DNA from: Podarcis filfolensis
Taxonomy: Eukaryota
Assembly: GCA_964270895.1 (NCBI GenBank)
Contig: OZ185442.1
Reading direction: 5' to 3' (one strand)
Length of the DNA stretch: 64,000 nt
The notes beneath the pieces were generated by a model, which was given only the letters and a program-made list of their open reading frames with translations, ran no database searches and was not told where the DNA came from. The translations under genes and the position numbers were made by a program. Shown piece after piece: positions 12,447 through 23,452 of this stretch (positions within the stretch are counted from its first letter, which is position 1; every line of letters starts with the position of its first letter).

Positions 12447-12786
12447 TATAAAGGTAAAGGGAACCCTGACCATTAGGTCCAGTCGTGGCCGACTCTGGGG
12501 TTGCGGCGCTCATCTCGCTTTATTGGCCAACGGAGCCGGCATACAGCTTCCGGGTCATGTGGCCAGCATGACTAAGCCACTTCTGGCGAACCAGAGCAGC
12601 ACATGGAAACGCCATTTACCTTCCCGCTGGAGCGGTACCTATTTATCTACTTGCACTTTGACGTGCTTTCGAACTGCTAGGTTGGCAGGAGCAGGGACCG
12701 AGCAACGGGAGCTCACCCCGTTACGGGGATTCGAACCGCTGACCTTCTGATCGGCAAGTTCTAGGCCCTGTGGCCACCCGCGTCCC
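12447..12786 (-). mobile_element. Sauria (Squam1-type) SINE
   Basis: tRNA-like head GGGACGCGGGTGGC with B box GGTTCGAATCC, (ACCTTT)-type tail; small deletion near the A box; candidate TSD TTCAAGCT. Confidence 0.9.
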
Positions 12787-13001
12787 TTTTCAAGCTAGTA
12801 GAGGTACTCAATATTTTTAAGTGCCAAGAAAGGGTACTATGTAGTGCTGAAAACAAAGTGGCCCAGCCTCTTTTCAGAAGGTAGAAATGCACATCACTTT
12901 GGCAAACAAAGGTATCCAAGTCCAAATTTGAGCAGGTAACATTAATGAGGGGGGCATTTATATGGGAGAGGGGCTTCTTAATCTTTTCCTTATTCACCGA
13001 T

Positions 13002-13002
<1 letters not shown>

Positions 13003-13039
<37 letters not shown>
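13003..13039 (+). repeat. (CA)n microsatellite
   Basis: Direct reading. Confidence 0.97.
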
Positions 13040-13040
<1 letters not shown>

Positions 13041-13181
13041 ATCTCCCATATGCAAACACAAAGAACTCTCACATGCTTCATGCCCTGTTGTGCCTTTCAC
13101 ACTCCAAAGCAGTGACAAGTTGTTATCCACACTCAATGCAGCAAGTATAAGCTTGTCGCATTAAAGCCTTTGCCGCTTTAC

Positions 13182-13334
13182 CTGAACACCTGGACTCACG
13201 GGAACAGGGTACATCATATTTGGTGCGAAACAAACAGACTGGGTGTACACCGGAGTGGGCTGCTGATGGCCCACCATGGAAGGGCTGGGCTGGGCCTGCG
13301 GACGGGGTGACGTTGGTGTGGTGGAAGGCTTGGG
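13182..13334 (-). CDS. ATXN2: ATXN2 exon 17 (153 nt), PKPSTTPTSPRPQ...PVSPGVQ
   Basis: tggcag|CCC...CAG|gtaaag. Confidence 0.96.
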
Positions 13335-13564
13335 CTGCCAAAAACATAAGGAAAAACGGAATAGCTGAGCTGTTAAGTAGGCACTGAACAGTTTGATCAA
13401 GCGTGCATCAACATGCCCCATGGACTTTTCCCAGCGAGCTCTCGTTATGGCTGGTTAAAGCAGGAAAACAAACAATGCAGTGACTGCTTCTAATGGGTGG
13501 CACATAAAGAAATGCAGCTTCGGATAAGCAGAGAATGAGGACAGCGATACCTCTTAAGACTCAC

Positions 13565-13628
13565 CTGAGCAAATGATCGAGGGTTGAACTCCTTTGCGTT
13601 AGGGTTCAGTGTTGATTTTCTAACTTGT
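13565..13628 (-). CDS. ATXN2: ATXN2 exon 16 (64 nt), QVRKSTLNPNAKEFNPRSFAQ, PAM2 (PABP-binding) motif
   Basis: ccatag|AC...CAG|gtgagt. Confidence 0.97.
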
Positions 13629-15099
13629 CTATGGAAAGGTGGGGGCAAACACAAGAAAGATGCATGTCAGATTGGACTTCCCACCATGATAGTTCATTTC
13701 TCTCAGATAAGAGCTGAATATCCAGGGATGGATATCTACTAGTGGAGGAAGACTTGTAGAGGCTTCAAACCTGCGCTGTGTGCATTGGGCACGAGTGGCA
13801 GGGAGTTGTCCTCTGCGCGTAGGACGTTCTATTGCTGAGGATGCACGACACAACTAAAAATCTATCAAAATGTAACACGTTCTATTGAAGGGGGAGCTGC
13901 CACCAAAGAGGAAAGTAAGGACAGGAAAAAGACGTTCATTGCAAGGTTTTAACTAGAAAACACTCCAACACCGCTATTTCCTTGACCTTAGGCTGTTCCT
14001 TTTTTCTGAGACTGAAGGGCTGCAGCAGGGGAGGCTAACCTTTGGCCCTCTAGATGTCGCTGGACTATTAACCCCCATCATCTCTAACTATCGTCCATGC
14101 TAGCTGGGGATGATGGGAGGTGGAGTCAACAACATCTGGAAGGCAATGTGTTAGTCATCCCTGAACTAGACCACTGGGGGAGGGGCAGCTGCAGATCAAC
14201 AACATAGTGAGAACTCTTAGCATGATGCCTTGACACATACTTGGAGGCCTGCAACCAAAGCTTATTAGCAGTCAGTGTTATAGTTGGGCTTCTTGCAGCT
14301 CTTTGCAGGCTCAAGGTCTTCTACTAGCTACTAGAACGGACAGATTGCAGCCAGAACAGAACCACTGAGAAGGCACAAGGTCTCCTTGCAGCAATCAAAA
14401 CTGGAAGGTCTGCTTGTGGCAATAGAGGCCATAGATAAGCTGTTGCGAAGACATCCTCCTGCCAGCAGCAGCTCTAGGAGCAGCTGTTGCTAGTTTAAAA
14501 ATGCACCTACCCTCATTGAGAAGGCCCAGAAGCCTGTTGCAGAGTGTGAGAAGGCCCAGCTGCTACCCAGAGAGCTCTGCTGACAAGTCCTGGATCCCGA
14601 GCTGCAGCCCTTGCTGCACGAAGATATTAGAGGCTCAGGGTCAAAAATAATATCCCGGGGGGGAACCAAAATCCCTAACCTCCTTTGGCTCAGATGGGGC
14701 CAAATACTATTTGGCTCCTCCCATCCCAGAAGTCAGTCTCTCCCTCTCTCTCTTTCACACAAACACACCTCTTATGGGACCTGAATTTGCTAATAGTCCT
14801 CTTCTCTCTCCATGTTCCCTTTTGGATCATGTCTATTAAAATTCGAAGTTTTTCCTTTACAATCAAGTGGTATATGACTCTTATGAAATAAAATTAATAA
14901 ATGAAAATAGCCTGCAAACCAAAGGTTGCTATCCTGTGGTCATCCGGATATTGTTACGACAATTCCCATCACCCCTGACTATTAGCTATGTTGGCTGGGA
15001 GCCCAGCAAAATCTGCACAGTCCCAAGTTAGCTGCTGTCTAAAACTGTGAGAAACCTTGAACGTATCAGCAGAAAGGCAATATACAAATTTAGTAAATA

Positions 15100-15357
15100 C
15101 CGTATTTTTTGCTCTAAAAGACTCACTTTTTCCCTCCTATAAAGTAAGGGGAAATGTGTGTGCGTCTTATGGAGCGAATGCAGGCTGCACAGCTATCCCA
15201 GAAGCTAGAACAGCAAGAGGGATTGCTGCTTTCACTGCGCAACGATCCCTCTTGCTGTTCTGGCTTCTGAGATTCAGAATTTTTTTTTCTTGTTTTCCTC
15301 CTCCAAAAACTAGGTGCATCTTGTGGTCTGGTGCGTCTTATAGAGCAAAAAATACGG
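15100..15357 (+). mobile_element. pogo/Tc2-type MITE (TIR CCGTATTTTT.GCTCTATA), internal hairpin family, copy 1
   Basis: TIRs; TA/CA flanks; near-identical to the copies at 30791, 47881, 60177. Confidence 0.88.
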
Positions 15358-16181
15358 CACATTAAGAAGCAACAACTAGCAACAACAACCAAGGAAGAAG
15401 AGGAAAGAGTATCTTTTTAAAAATAATAATTCACAGCTTCTAAACTCCGTAAGAGATTCTGTCAGCCATGCTCCCTCTGTGGAGGGTAGGCTGAAAACTG
15501 AGGTGGCAACTGCCCCGCCTGGTGGAAGTGTGAAGCCTCTACAGATTCTGCCTCCGTTGGTGGAGTGGAGGAAAACTGCCCATCACTTGATGCCTCGTTT
15601 CTGTTTCAAAACACAAGCCTTCCAACAAAAGCATGAAATTCTGGATGAGTTTCACAGAGTAGGAGGAGAAAGACTGGCAAGGGAGAAGGACAGAAAATAG
15701 TATTCTCTCCCCAGTCACTGATCAAACACATTTAAAAGCACAACATCCATTTTTCTCCAGGTGCTGCATTTCCGCTGGATAGTACAACCCCTAAAAGTCC
15801 TGTGTGTATTTTCCAGTTTGACAATAGAAGCTGAACAGAAGAGCACAAGAACATGAAGAAGAGCCCTGTAGCAGGATCAGGCCAAAAGCCCATCTAGCCC
15901 AGTATCCTGTTTGCACAGTGGTGAACCAGATGCCTATTGTGGGGAACCCACAAGCAAGACCGAGGGGAGCAACAGCACTCTGCCCACCTGTAATTCCCTG
16001 AAACTGGCTTTCTAAGCACTGCCTCCAGCAGTGGAGGTAGAAAACCTTATACAAATATGTTAAATCTAAATAAGGAGCAGAGAAGAAAATGCTGTGCATG
16101 GTCGAGTCATCTCAACAACGGGGCCCTCCACAAAAGCAGTGCCAAATCTGTGCAGGAGCTGCTGCAGCCAGAATTACTCAC

Positions 16182-16486
16182 TCGGTGGTGTCCCTTTTGT
16201 CTTCTTTCTCCTCTTTCTCCTGCTTCGCTCCAGGGCCAGAGGTCTGCACTCCTTGCGAGGTCACCTCAGGCCCTCGCTTTTGCTCCAGGCTGCCACCAGG
16301 TGGTGAAATACTGGGGCTGTTTGATTTGCTACTGCCACTGGTCGAGGTGGCATTGCTGCCAGTTTCAGTTACAGAGTCCTTACAGCTGGCGTCACCCTTC
16401 TCCTTAGGAACCTCTCTGGATTTTTCACCATCTCTGTTTTTGGTTAGCAGCTGTTCCACTGCTTCTGGGGCGGAACTGGGTTGTAA
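16182..16486 (-). CDS. ATXN2: ATXN2 exon 15 (305 nt), LQPSSAPEAVEQLL...DKRDTTE
   Basis: ctccag|TTA...GA|gtgagt; overlaps ORF 16178..16606. Confidence 0.96.
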
Positions 16487-16990
16487 CTGGAGGGTGCAGG
16501 GGTGGGGGGTGGGAGGAAACAGAAAAATTATACTTTTAGCAGGTACTTCCTGACCGAGGGTATTTGGAGAGAAGGCACAGTCTACATTGATTTTAGTTTT
16601 GAGCATTATTTCTTACAGCTTGAAATAAAAGGTGCTTCATTTCCTACATACTGACGTACAGAAAACCCAGGAATATATTGGGTGCTAATATCAGTAGAGG
16701 GAGTCCTCTTGCTTCTTCCACCGTACTCAGAAGCTCAGGGGGTGGCAGCCCAGGAGAAGCAAGCCCTTAAGTTGTGGAACTCCCTCCCCAGAGAGGGTGC
16801 CTGTAAAACATTTCAAGAAGTGTACATATCTGGATGAAGGGGTGGCAAGGCAGGGGGCACACTTGTACTGGTTGCTCTATGGAGTGTCTTATTTGCAGCC
16901 ATTTGAATGTCCTATTGTGACCTTCATTGCCCTAGGCAATGTTCTTTTAGTCGAGGGAGAGAATAGACAAGGATTTGGCATGCAGGATGA

Positions 16991-17378
16991 CCCTACCTGC
17001 CCACAGACTGTCTCGCCAAAGTGGTGCATGCTCTGGTTATCTCCCGCTTGGACTACTGCAATGCGCTCTACGTGGGGCTACCTTTGAAGGTTACCTGGAA
17101 ACTACAACTAATCCAGAATGTGGCAGCTAGACTGGTGACCGGGAGTGGCCGCCAAGACCATATAACACCAGACCTGAAATACGTTTCTGAGCACATTTCT
17201 GAGCACAGTTCAAAGTGTTGGTGCTGACCTTTAAAGCCCTAAATGGCCTCGGCCCAGTATACCTGAAGGAGTGTCTCCACCCCCATCGTTCTGCCTGGAC
17301 ACTGAGGTCCAGCTCTGAGAGCCTTCTGGCGGTTCCCTCACTGCGAAAAGCAAAGCTACAGGGAACCAGGCAGAGGGC
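16991..17378 (+). mobile_element. L2-clade LINE internal fragment (RT C-terminus), lacks tail
   Basis: VHALVISRLDYCNALYVGLP...LQLIQNVAARLVTG...DHITP and FKALNGLGPVYLKE. Small internal deletion plus duplication (TTTCTGAGCACA twice). Confidence 0.88.
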
Positions 17379-17480
17379 ATACATGCTTATTCCTGAAGCC
17401 ACCGTTCCTACCTGCATGTAGTTTGATCTGGTACTGCCTTGTCTATTCAGACAGCTGTCGTTAATAGCAAAAGCACTTAC

Positions 17481-17551
17481 CCTAAAATCATTCTTGAACT
17501 TCTTTAAATCATCGATCTGTTTTCTATGTTCTAGGACAGCTGGAGACACAC
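17481..17551 (-). CDS. ATXN2: ATXN2 exon 14 (71 nt), GVSPAVLEHRKQIDDLKKFKNDFR
   Basis: taacag|GT...AGG|gtaagt. Confidence 0.96.
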
Positions 17552-17575
17552 CTGTTAAGAGAATATACGCATATA

Positions 17576-17804
17576 CAGTGGTACCTTGGTTTGCAACCGT
17601 TTTGGATTACAACCGTTTTCAATTACAACCACGTCAAACCCAGAAGTGTGGGTCCATTTTTTATTTTTTATTGGATTACAACCCTTTTTGGGCGGGGGGG
17701 CGGGGAGGCCCCAATGGCGAAAGCACGCCCTGGGTTACAACCTGTTTTGGTTTACAACCGGACCTCTGGAATGGATTATGGTTGTAAACCAAGGTATATC
17801 ACTT
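17576..17804. mobile_element. Tigger/pogo-type MITE (TIR CAGTGGTACC)
   Basis: TA|CAGTGGTACCTTGGTTT...AAACCAAGGTA; repeated TTACAACC interior. Confidence 0.8.
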
Positions 17805-18266
17805 TGCTGGGTTATAAACATGGATGACATGGATCCAGCATATATTTGGGCCAATTAAAACTATCTAAAGGCAGTCCCAATAGAGTGACCCAAATCTGAA
17901 ATGCTATCTCAGCTCGGGGGGGGGGGGGGAGAAAAGAAAACGCTCCCAAAGAGTTCCGCGGAAATTGCAATCCAGTTACAACCCAGGAGGTTGTGGAGTG
18001 GGAATCAAGCAGCTGGAGCAGCAGAGAAACAGGCGTGATCTGCAAACTAAGGACTCCTTTTTCATTGTGTGCAGAGATATAGTTGAGGGCTGCATGCCAT
18101 GTTGTGTTTCCCAGATCTCTACAACAATCCAAACAGCAATGTAACTAAGCCTACAGTACAGGAGTAACCAACAAGGTGCCTCCAGGTGTAGTGGGCTCCA
18201 ACTCCCATTAATCCCCGACCATTGTCTATATTGGCTGCAAATGATGGGAGTTCAGAAAACTCCTAC

Positions 18267-18377
18267 CTTTGTTTTCAGGTTTGCTAAAGCTGGGAGACAT
18301 TTCACTTGGCTTCAGGGGTTCCTTGGTGCTAGCAGGAGAAGAACTCTGCCTCTGGTCCTGAAGCCTTGAATCTTTAG
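18267..18377 (-). CDS. ATXN2: ATXN2 exon 13 (111 nt), AKDSRLQDQRQSSSPASTKEPLKPSEMSPSFSKPENK
   Basis: ccctag|CT...AAAG|gtagga; absent from the ORF track, found by translation. Confidence 0.94.
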
Positions 18378-18732
18378 CTAGGGAGAAAAATCAGTCCTGT
18401 TTGAGATTTCATATAGACAGCACTCTTAATAACTCTAGACAGCAATGGGTGGGGAAGGAAAGAGGGACAAGTTGTTGAAGATTTCTATGCAACCAGGAAG
18501 CTCACAAAGCTCAGCACCAAAACAATTTGTCCCATACAAGGTATTAACCTGATTGTGTCTCTGTTTATATGGGGAACCAACATAATCTTGACTGTGAGTC
18601 GTGGAAGACCTACTTATTCTCTTGCTGGCCTCTCTCTATCCAGCCTGGGAGAACAGGGCCCTGACTGACAATTAGCTACAAAAGCTGAGGTTGCTGGAAA
18701 AACTCTTGTACTGGGTATTGTTGCTGTTATTA

Positions 18733-18734
<2 letters not shown>

Positions 18735-18781
<47 letters not shown>

Positions 18782-18840
18782 TTATTATTTGTACCCCGCC
18801 CATCTGACTGGGTTTCCCCAGCCACTCTGGGCGGCTTCCA
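18735..18840 (-). mobile_element. L2 3' tail fragment with (TTA)n
   Basis: (TAA)n followed by the reverse complement of the L2 terminal stem-loop region. Confidence 0.82.
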
Positions 18841-19383
18841 TAGAAAACCAAAAATACACTAATATTATTTAAGATACAAATATTATTTTTGTATCTTTAA
18901 TTTTAAATATGATTTATGTGGAAATTATTCAGTTTGGTTGTGTACTTTCTCCTGTGTTTTATTTATTGTTTATGACTACTTTTGCCATGTTTGTAATTAT
19001 GTAGATCTTTTCATGTTGTAAGCCATCCTGATTTTGGAAAGGTGGCATACAAATAAAATGATGATAATGAAGATGACTAAAGAGAGACTTCTAAAGAGCC
19101 ACTTTTCATTCTAGTTTTTCGTTAATGAATATTTTAAATATTTTAATTCTATTAGTGTTTAATTACATTCTAATGATTGTCTTTCTATGGTTTTTATTTT
19201 TTTCTATTTTGTCTATGTAGGCAGTCTTGAGTCCTGGACTTTGGAAAAGGTGGTTTAGAAACAACAACAAGAAAAACAACAGCTCTGCAAATCAAATTAA
19301 ATGTATTTCTTCCAAAATAATAATACGTGGAAGGGCAGTATTACTTTTTAAATATTACTGTTTTACTGTATAAAACCCTAATC

Positions 19384-19884
19384 CAGCCTTTCCCAACCTG
19401 GTGTCCTCCAGCTGTTTTGGACTTCAACTTCCATAAGCCACAGATGGCACAGACATACCAGATGGGATTTGTGGAAGTTTAATTCTAGAACGCGGGTGGC
19501 GCTGTGGGTTAAACCACAGAGCCTAGGACTTGCCGATTAGAAGGTTGGCGGTTCGAATCCCCGCGACGGGGTGAGCTCCTGTTGCCCGGTCCCTGCTCCT
19601 GCCAACCTAGCAGTTCGAAAGCACGTCAAAGTGCACTTAGAGAAATAGGTACCGCTCCAGTGGGAAGGTAAACGGCGTTTCCATGTGCTGCTCTGGTTCG
19701 CCAGAAGCAGCTTAGTCATGCTGGCCACATGACCTGGAAGCTGTACGCCGGCTCCCTTGGCCAATAAAGCGAGATGAGCGCCGCAACCCCAGAGTCAGCC
19801 ACAACTGAACCTAATGGTCAGGGGTCCCTTTACCTTTACTTTTTATTCTAGAATAGCTGAAGGGCACCATGCTGGGGAAGGCTG
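19384..19884. mobile_element. hAT MITE interrupted by a Sauria SINE
   Basis: TIR CAGCCTTTCCCAAC / GCTGGGGAAGGCTG; perfect 8-bp TSD CCCTAATC. Confidence 0.85.
19491..19844 (+). mobile_element. Sauria SINE nested in a hAT MITE
   Basis: Full body with GGTTCGAATCC and TTTACCTTTAC tail; TSD ATTCTAGAA at 19482-19490 and 19845-19853. Confidence 0.92.
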
Positions 19885-20196
19885 CCCTAATCGGCTGAGT
19901 TGAAAGAAAGTCAGCAGGATGTCTTAGGAGAAACAGAGCGCAACCTTTTCCTACTCATTTTTGTAATTTTCAACAGCCATTCAGAAAATTATGTAGTTGC
20001 CTGGAGCCGCCAGTATAAAGATTCCCACACAGAGAGAAAATTGACTGCATATGATTAGCAAACCTAATGCATAAAAATAAACGTGTGTGAGAACTGCTCT
20101 CCAACCACTTAAAACACAGAAGCAATTTTTAGATCATCATATGTCTTTGCATTTCTGCTCAGGCTCAGAAGAGGGGGAGATAAAAGGGCTTCTTAC

Positions 20197-20394
20197 CTTC
20201 AACTGATGGTGTACCTGCTCTAATGGACGCAGGGCTGGCTGGGGTAGGAGATGCAGCTAGAACAGGTGCAGCTACAGGCTCTGCTGGAGTAGAGCCAGCT
20301 TGAGGAGAAGACAGAGCTGGCCCAGAAGGCACACTGCCAACGCTGCTCTGCCTTGGAGACCGGGGTCTGTGTGCTTTAGGGGACAACCTAGGGA
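20197..20394 (-). CDS. ATXN2: ATXN2 exon 12 (198 nt), VPRLSPKAHRPRSPRQ...TPSVE
   Basis: ttctag|TC...GAAG|gtaaga. Confidence 0.96.
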
Positions 20395-21381
20395 CTAGAA
20401 ACAAAATAAAAGAGACCCTGTTGAAACACTGCACAGCTGTTTTGTACTAAAAGGAGTGAAACCTAATGCCAGGCTTACACTGAGCTGATAAAATTGTCAC
20501 CAAAACCCTTTCTCCCTTCCTAGGAAAGTCCCCAGATTTCTGTGATGTTGCTTCTCTCCCCCAAGCAGTAAGTGCTTCTTTTAAATGATTCTTGTAGAAC
20601 ACAGTACTAAGAATCCTTCTACTGTGAAACAATGCTTGATAATTGATTGCACTGAAGCAAAGGTTTGTCAAGGGAGACTTTAAGCAGAGTCAGGTCGCTT
20701 CCTATTACCAGCCCTCACTAACATGGAAGAGAATCTGAGAAACAGCTTCCATCGCCTAATGACCTAGTCCACTCTTCAAACAGAAATTCATGGTAAGAAC
20801 CAATTTCTGCTTGTCGTCCCAGAAATTGATCTGCGGCACGATCCTAAACTCGCTGCCCTGTGAAAGTCCACCTAGTTTCTCGCTGTGGCTTTCAGTGTCT
20901 TCTGAGTCACCCTCAAAACAGGACAGAAAGAAGGAAAGTGGGCAACCAGGAATGGGGTCTAGGCCTATGAATACTGAGGCTCACAGGAGCACAACCTGAT
21001 CATCACTCCAGAGGATGATGAACACACAGAAGAGACTGGGGGGGGGGGGGGAGAAAAGTCAAATCACCTTACAAAGGCTGAGAGCTCCAATCAACTGACC
21101 TACCTGCCTGTCTCCGGAAAGGGATGTAATCAACTGATAAAAACAGTCTATCAAAGTGGAAGGAAGAAACAGCACATCTGCTGCTTTCCATGACAATCCA
21201 GTTTTACCAGCCTCCGTTGTAACATTTGGTTTCTAGCCAGGCAAAATAAAGAATCAGGATTCGCCAACCATCAGCAGCAGCAAGCCTGTTGGGTTCTCAA
21301 ATGTTTGGCTTAAGAAACAGGATTCTTTTAACTGTAAAATCCCCAAACAGGACTTTCTGTAGGAAGCTGAGCTTGACTTAC

Positions 21382-21564
21382 CACCACTGACCACTGATGA
21401 CCATGTCCCACCTGAAGGGCTGCCTCGGGCCGATGAAGCTGCGGTGGCTTCTCCTGGCACGGGGTGAGAGACAAACTCTAAGCCACTTGAAATTGTGCCC
21501 CTCCCAGTAGAGACTCTGTGGCCTCGAGGGTGCCGCTGTGCCTTTGGAGACATCCGTGGAGGTC
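21382..21564 (-). CDS. ATXN2: ATXN2 exon 11 (183 nt), PPRMSPKAQRHPR...WSSVVSG
   Basis: cttcag|GA...GTG|gtaagt. Confidence 0.96.
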
Positions 21565-23186
21565 CTGAAGAAAGCATGAAAAGACACCCTAAACTATGAA
21601 CACAACATGAAATCTCCGTTTTCACCCCCGAATTCTATTAATTTTTGCTACATAAGGGATGGGGAACCTTAGACCCTACAGATTCCATCATCCCTAACCA
21701 TGCTGGCTGGGGCTGATGGGAGGCTGTACTCCAAAACATCTGGAGGCACAAAGGTTCCCCATCCCTGGGCTGCCATCATCATATACGGTCTCAGGACATT
21801 TAAAAATCAGCACTCCTCTCAATATAGTTCATGACAAAACTGGGGAGGAAAAAATATGAAGCCAGACAGATGCTAGGTTAGGACACAATCCACTGGACAT
21901 GTCCCCTATATTCACATGCCCCATAAAACAAAAACAGGAGGTGTGCAAAAGCACAGCAGAGAGAGTTCAAGTGGATTTCATCAGTTAACTCTTGCTAAGA
22001 AAACCCAAACCTGACCACTTTGAATGCTCTAGCCCTCCTGGCAGCAGAGAACTTAGAAAATTTAACAGCAAATTAAGCAGCCCACATTTAATAAGTTTTT
22101 CAGCTCTCATCATTTTTATGTCCCTGCATATCACAGAGACATTTCAAAGAATTGCCTCAGAATTTGAGAAACAAGTCAGCGTGCCCCCTGCAAATGGTTC
22201 AGCATCTTCAAAATTCCTAGATAGTATATGAGTTGAATGCAATTAAAGTATGGAAATTAGCTGCAACTGAGAATAGGTTCAATCTATGATTCCTTATTGC
22301 AGAACAAGTCTCATCCTCTCAAGACAGAATTAAAATTATTCAATTCCACTGAACAGTTTCAGGAAAGTCAAGAGGAACTCAAACTGAATTTAAATACACA
22401 ATTAATCTCCATCCACTTCTAACCATTCTCCCTCACCGCAATTGCCAGTAAGGAGGATTCTGCAGTGGGCACAATGTGAATCAGGCATTTTTAACAGATT
22501 TATGTCATAAAGCATCATTCTGAGCAAAACCCTCCATCACCAGCCACTTCAGGAAATATGTAGATGCAGCCCTCTCAGCTCCTTAACTAGGTTATGGGAT
22601 CGGGAATGGGTCTCAGGTTCATATACCTGTCCCTCCACCTGATCCTCCCATCTAGCACAGCAATTCCCCGGACCGGCCTTAATAAAGGCTGAAGGTGACA
22701 TTCATCTTAACCACGGCTAATGCTAACCAGTTTGTTTTTAACTAGGCATCTGAATCCAAACAAAACATAGTTAGCACTGAACACAGTTAACGGCAAATGG
22801 AGATATAACCTTTAACCATGGTTACGGCCAGTGACCGGTAGGGGCGACGGTGTGATCCTGCAACCATGGCTAAGTGACTGCAGATGATACATCCACATGT
22901 GCTCTGCAATGCACTAAAGTAGCACTAGGAAGCCGAATTTCTCACTTTCAGGAAAAGGCTATCCCTTTAATGGTTTGGTTTTCTGTGAAATTCCCTTTTT
23001 TAAACAAAAACAAAAAAAAGGCTAACAGAAACAAAACAAGAACAAAAACTTTAATTTTTTTGAAGCGCACAAATAAAAGGTTTAGTAATGAAGAGAACAA
23101 TTCTTTTAACTGTAACTCACAAGAGGAAAGGGAGAACACAAAGACAAATGAAAATTCATGAACAAACAAAACTCTGGTCTTTGTAC

Positions 23187-23288
23187 CTTCTGAAGACATG
23201 CGTTTAGGCATAGTAGAGGCAGGAGCTGGAGAGCCATGAGCAGAGGGGTGAGACGGGGGCCTGGAGGGCCGCGAAGGGGGTCTGGAGG
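23187..23288 (-). CDS. ATXN2: ATXN2 exon 10, visible 3' part (SRPPSRPSRPPSHPSAHGSPAPASTMPKRMSSEG); 5' part lies in the N gap
   Basis: Translation matches ataxin-2; donor GAAG|gtacaa at 23186. If the exon is 210 nt as in human, about 108 nt are hidden in the gap. Confidence 0.92.
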
Positions 23289-23452
23289 NNNNNNNNNNNN
23301 NNNNNNNNNNNNNNNNNNNNNNNNNNNNNNNNNNNNNNNNNNNNNNNNNNNNNNNNNNNNNNNNNNNNNNNNNNNNNNNNNNNNNNNNNNNNNNNNNNNN
23401 NNNNNNNNNNNNNNNNNNNNNNNNNNNNNNNNNNNNNNNNNNNNNNNNNNNN
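23289..23452. other. Assembly gap (164 N) covering the acceptor and 5' part of ATXN2 exon 10
   Basis: Run of N flanked by exon sequence on one side and a G-homopolymer/polypyrimidine tract on the other. Confidence 0.99.
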
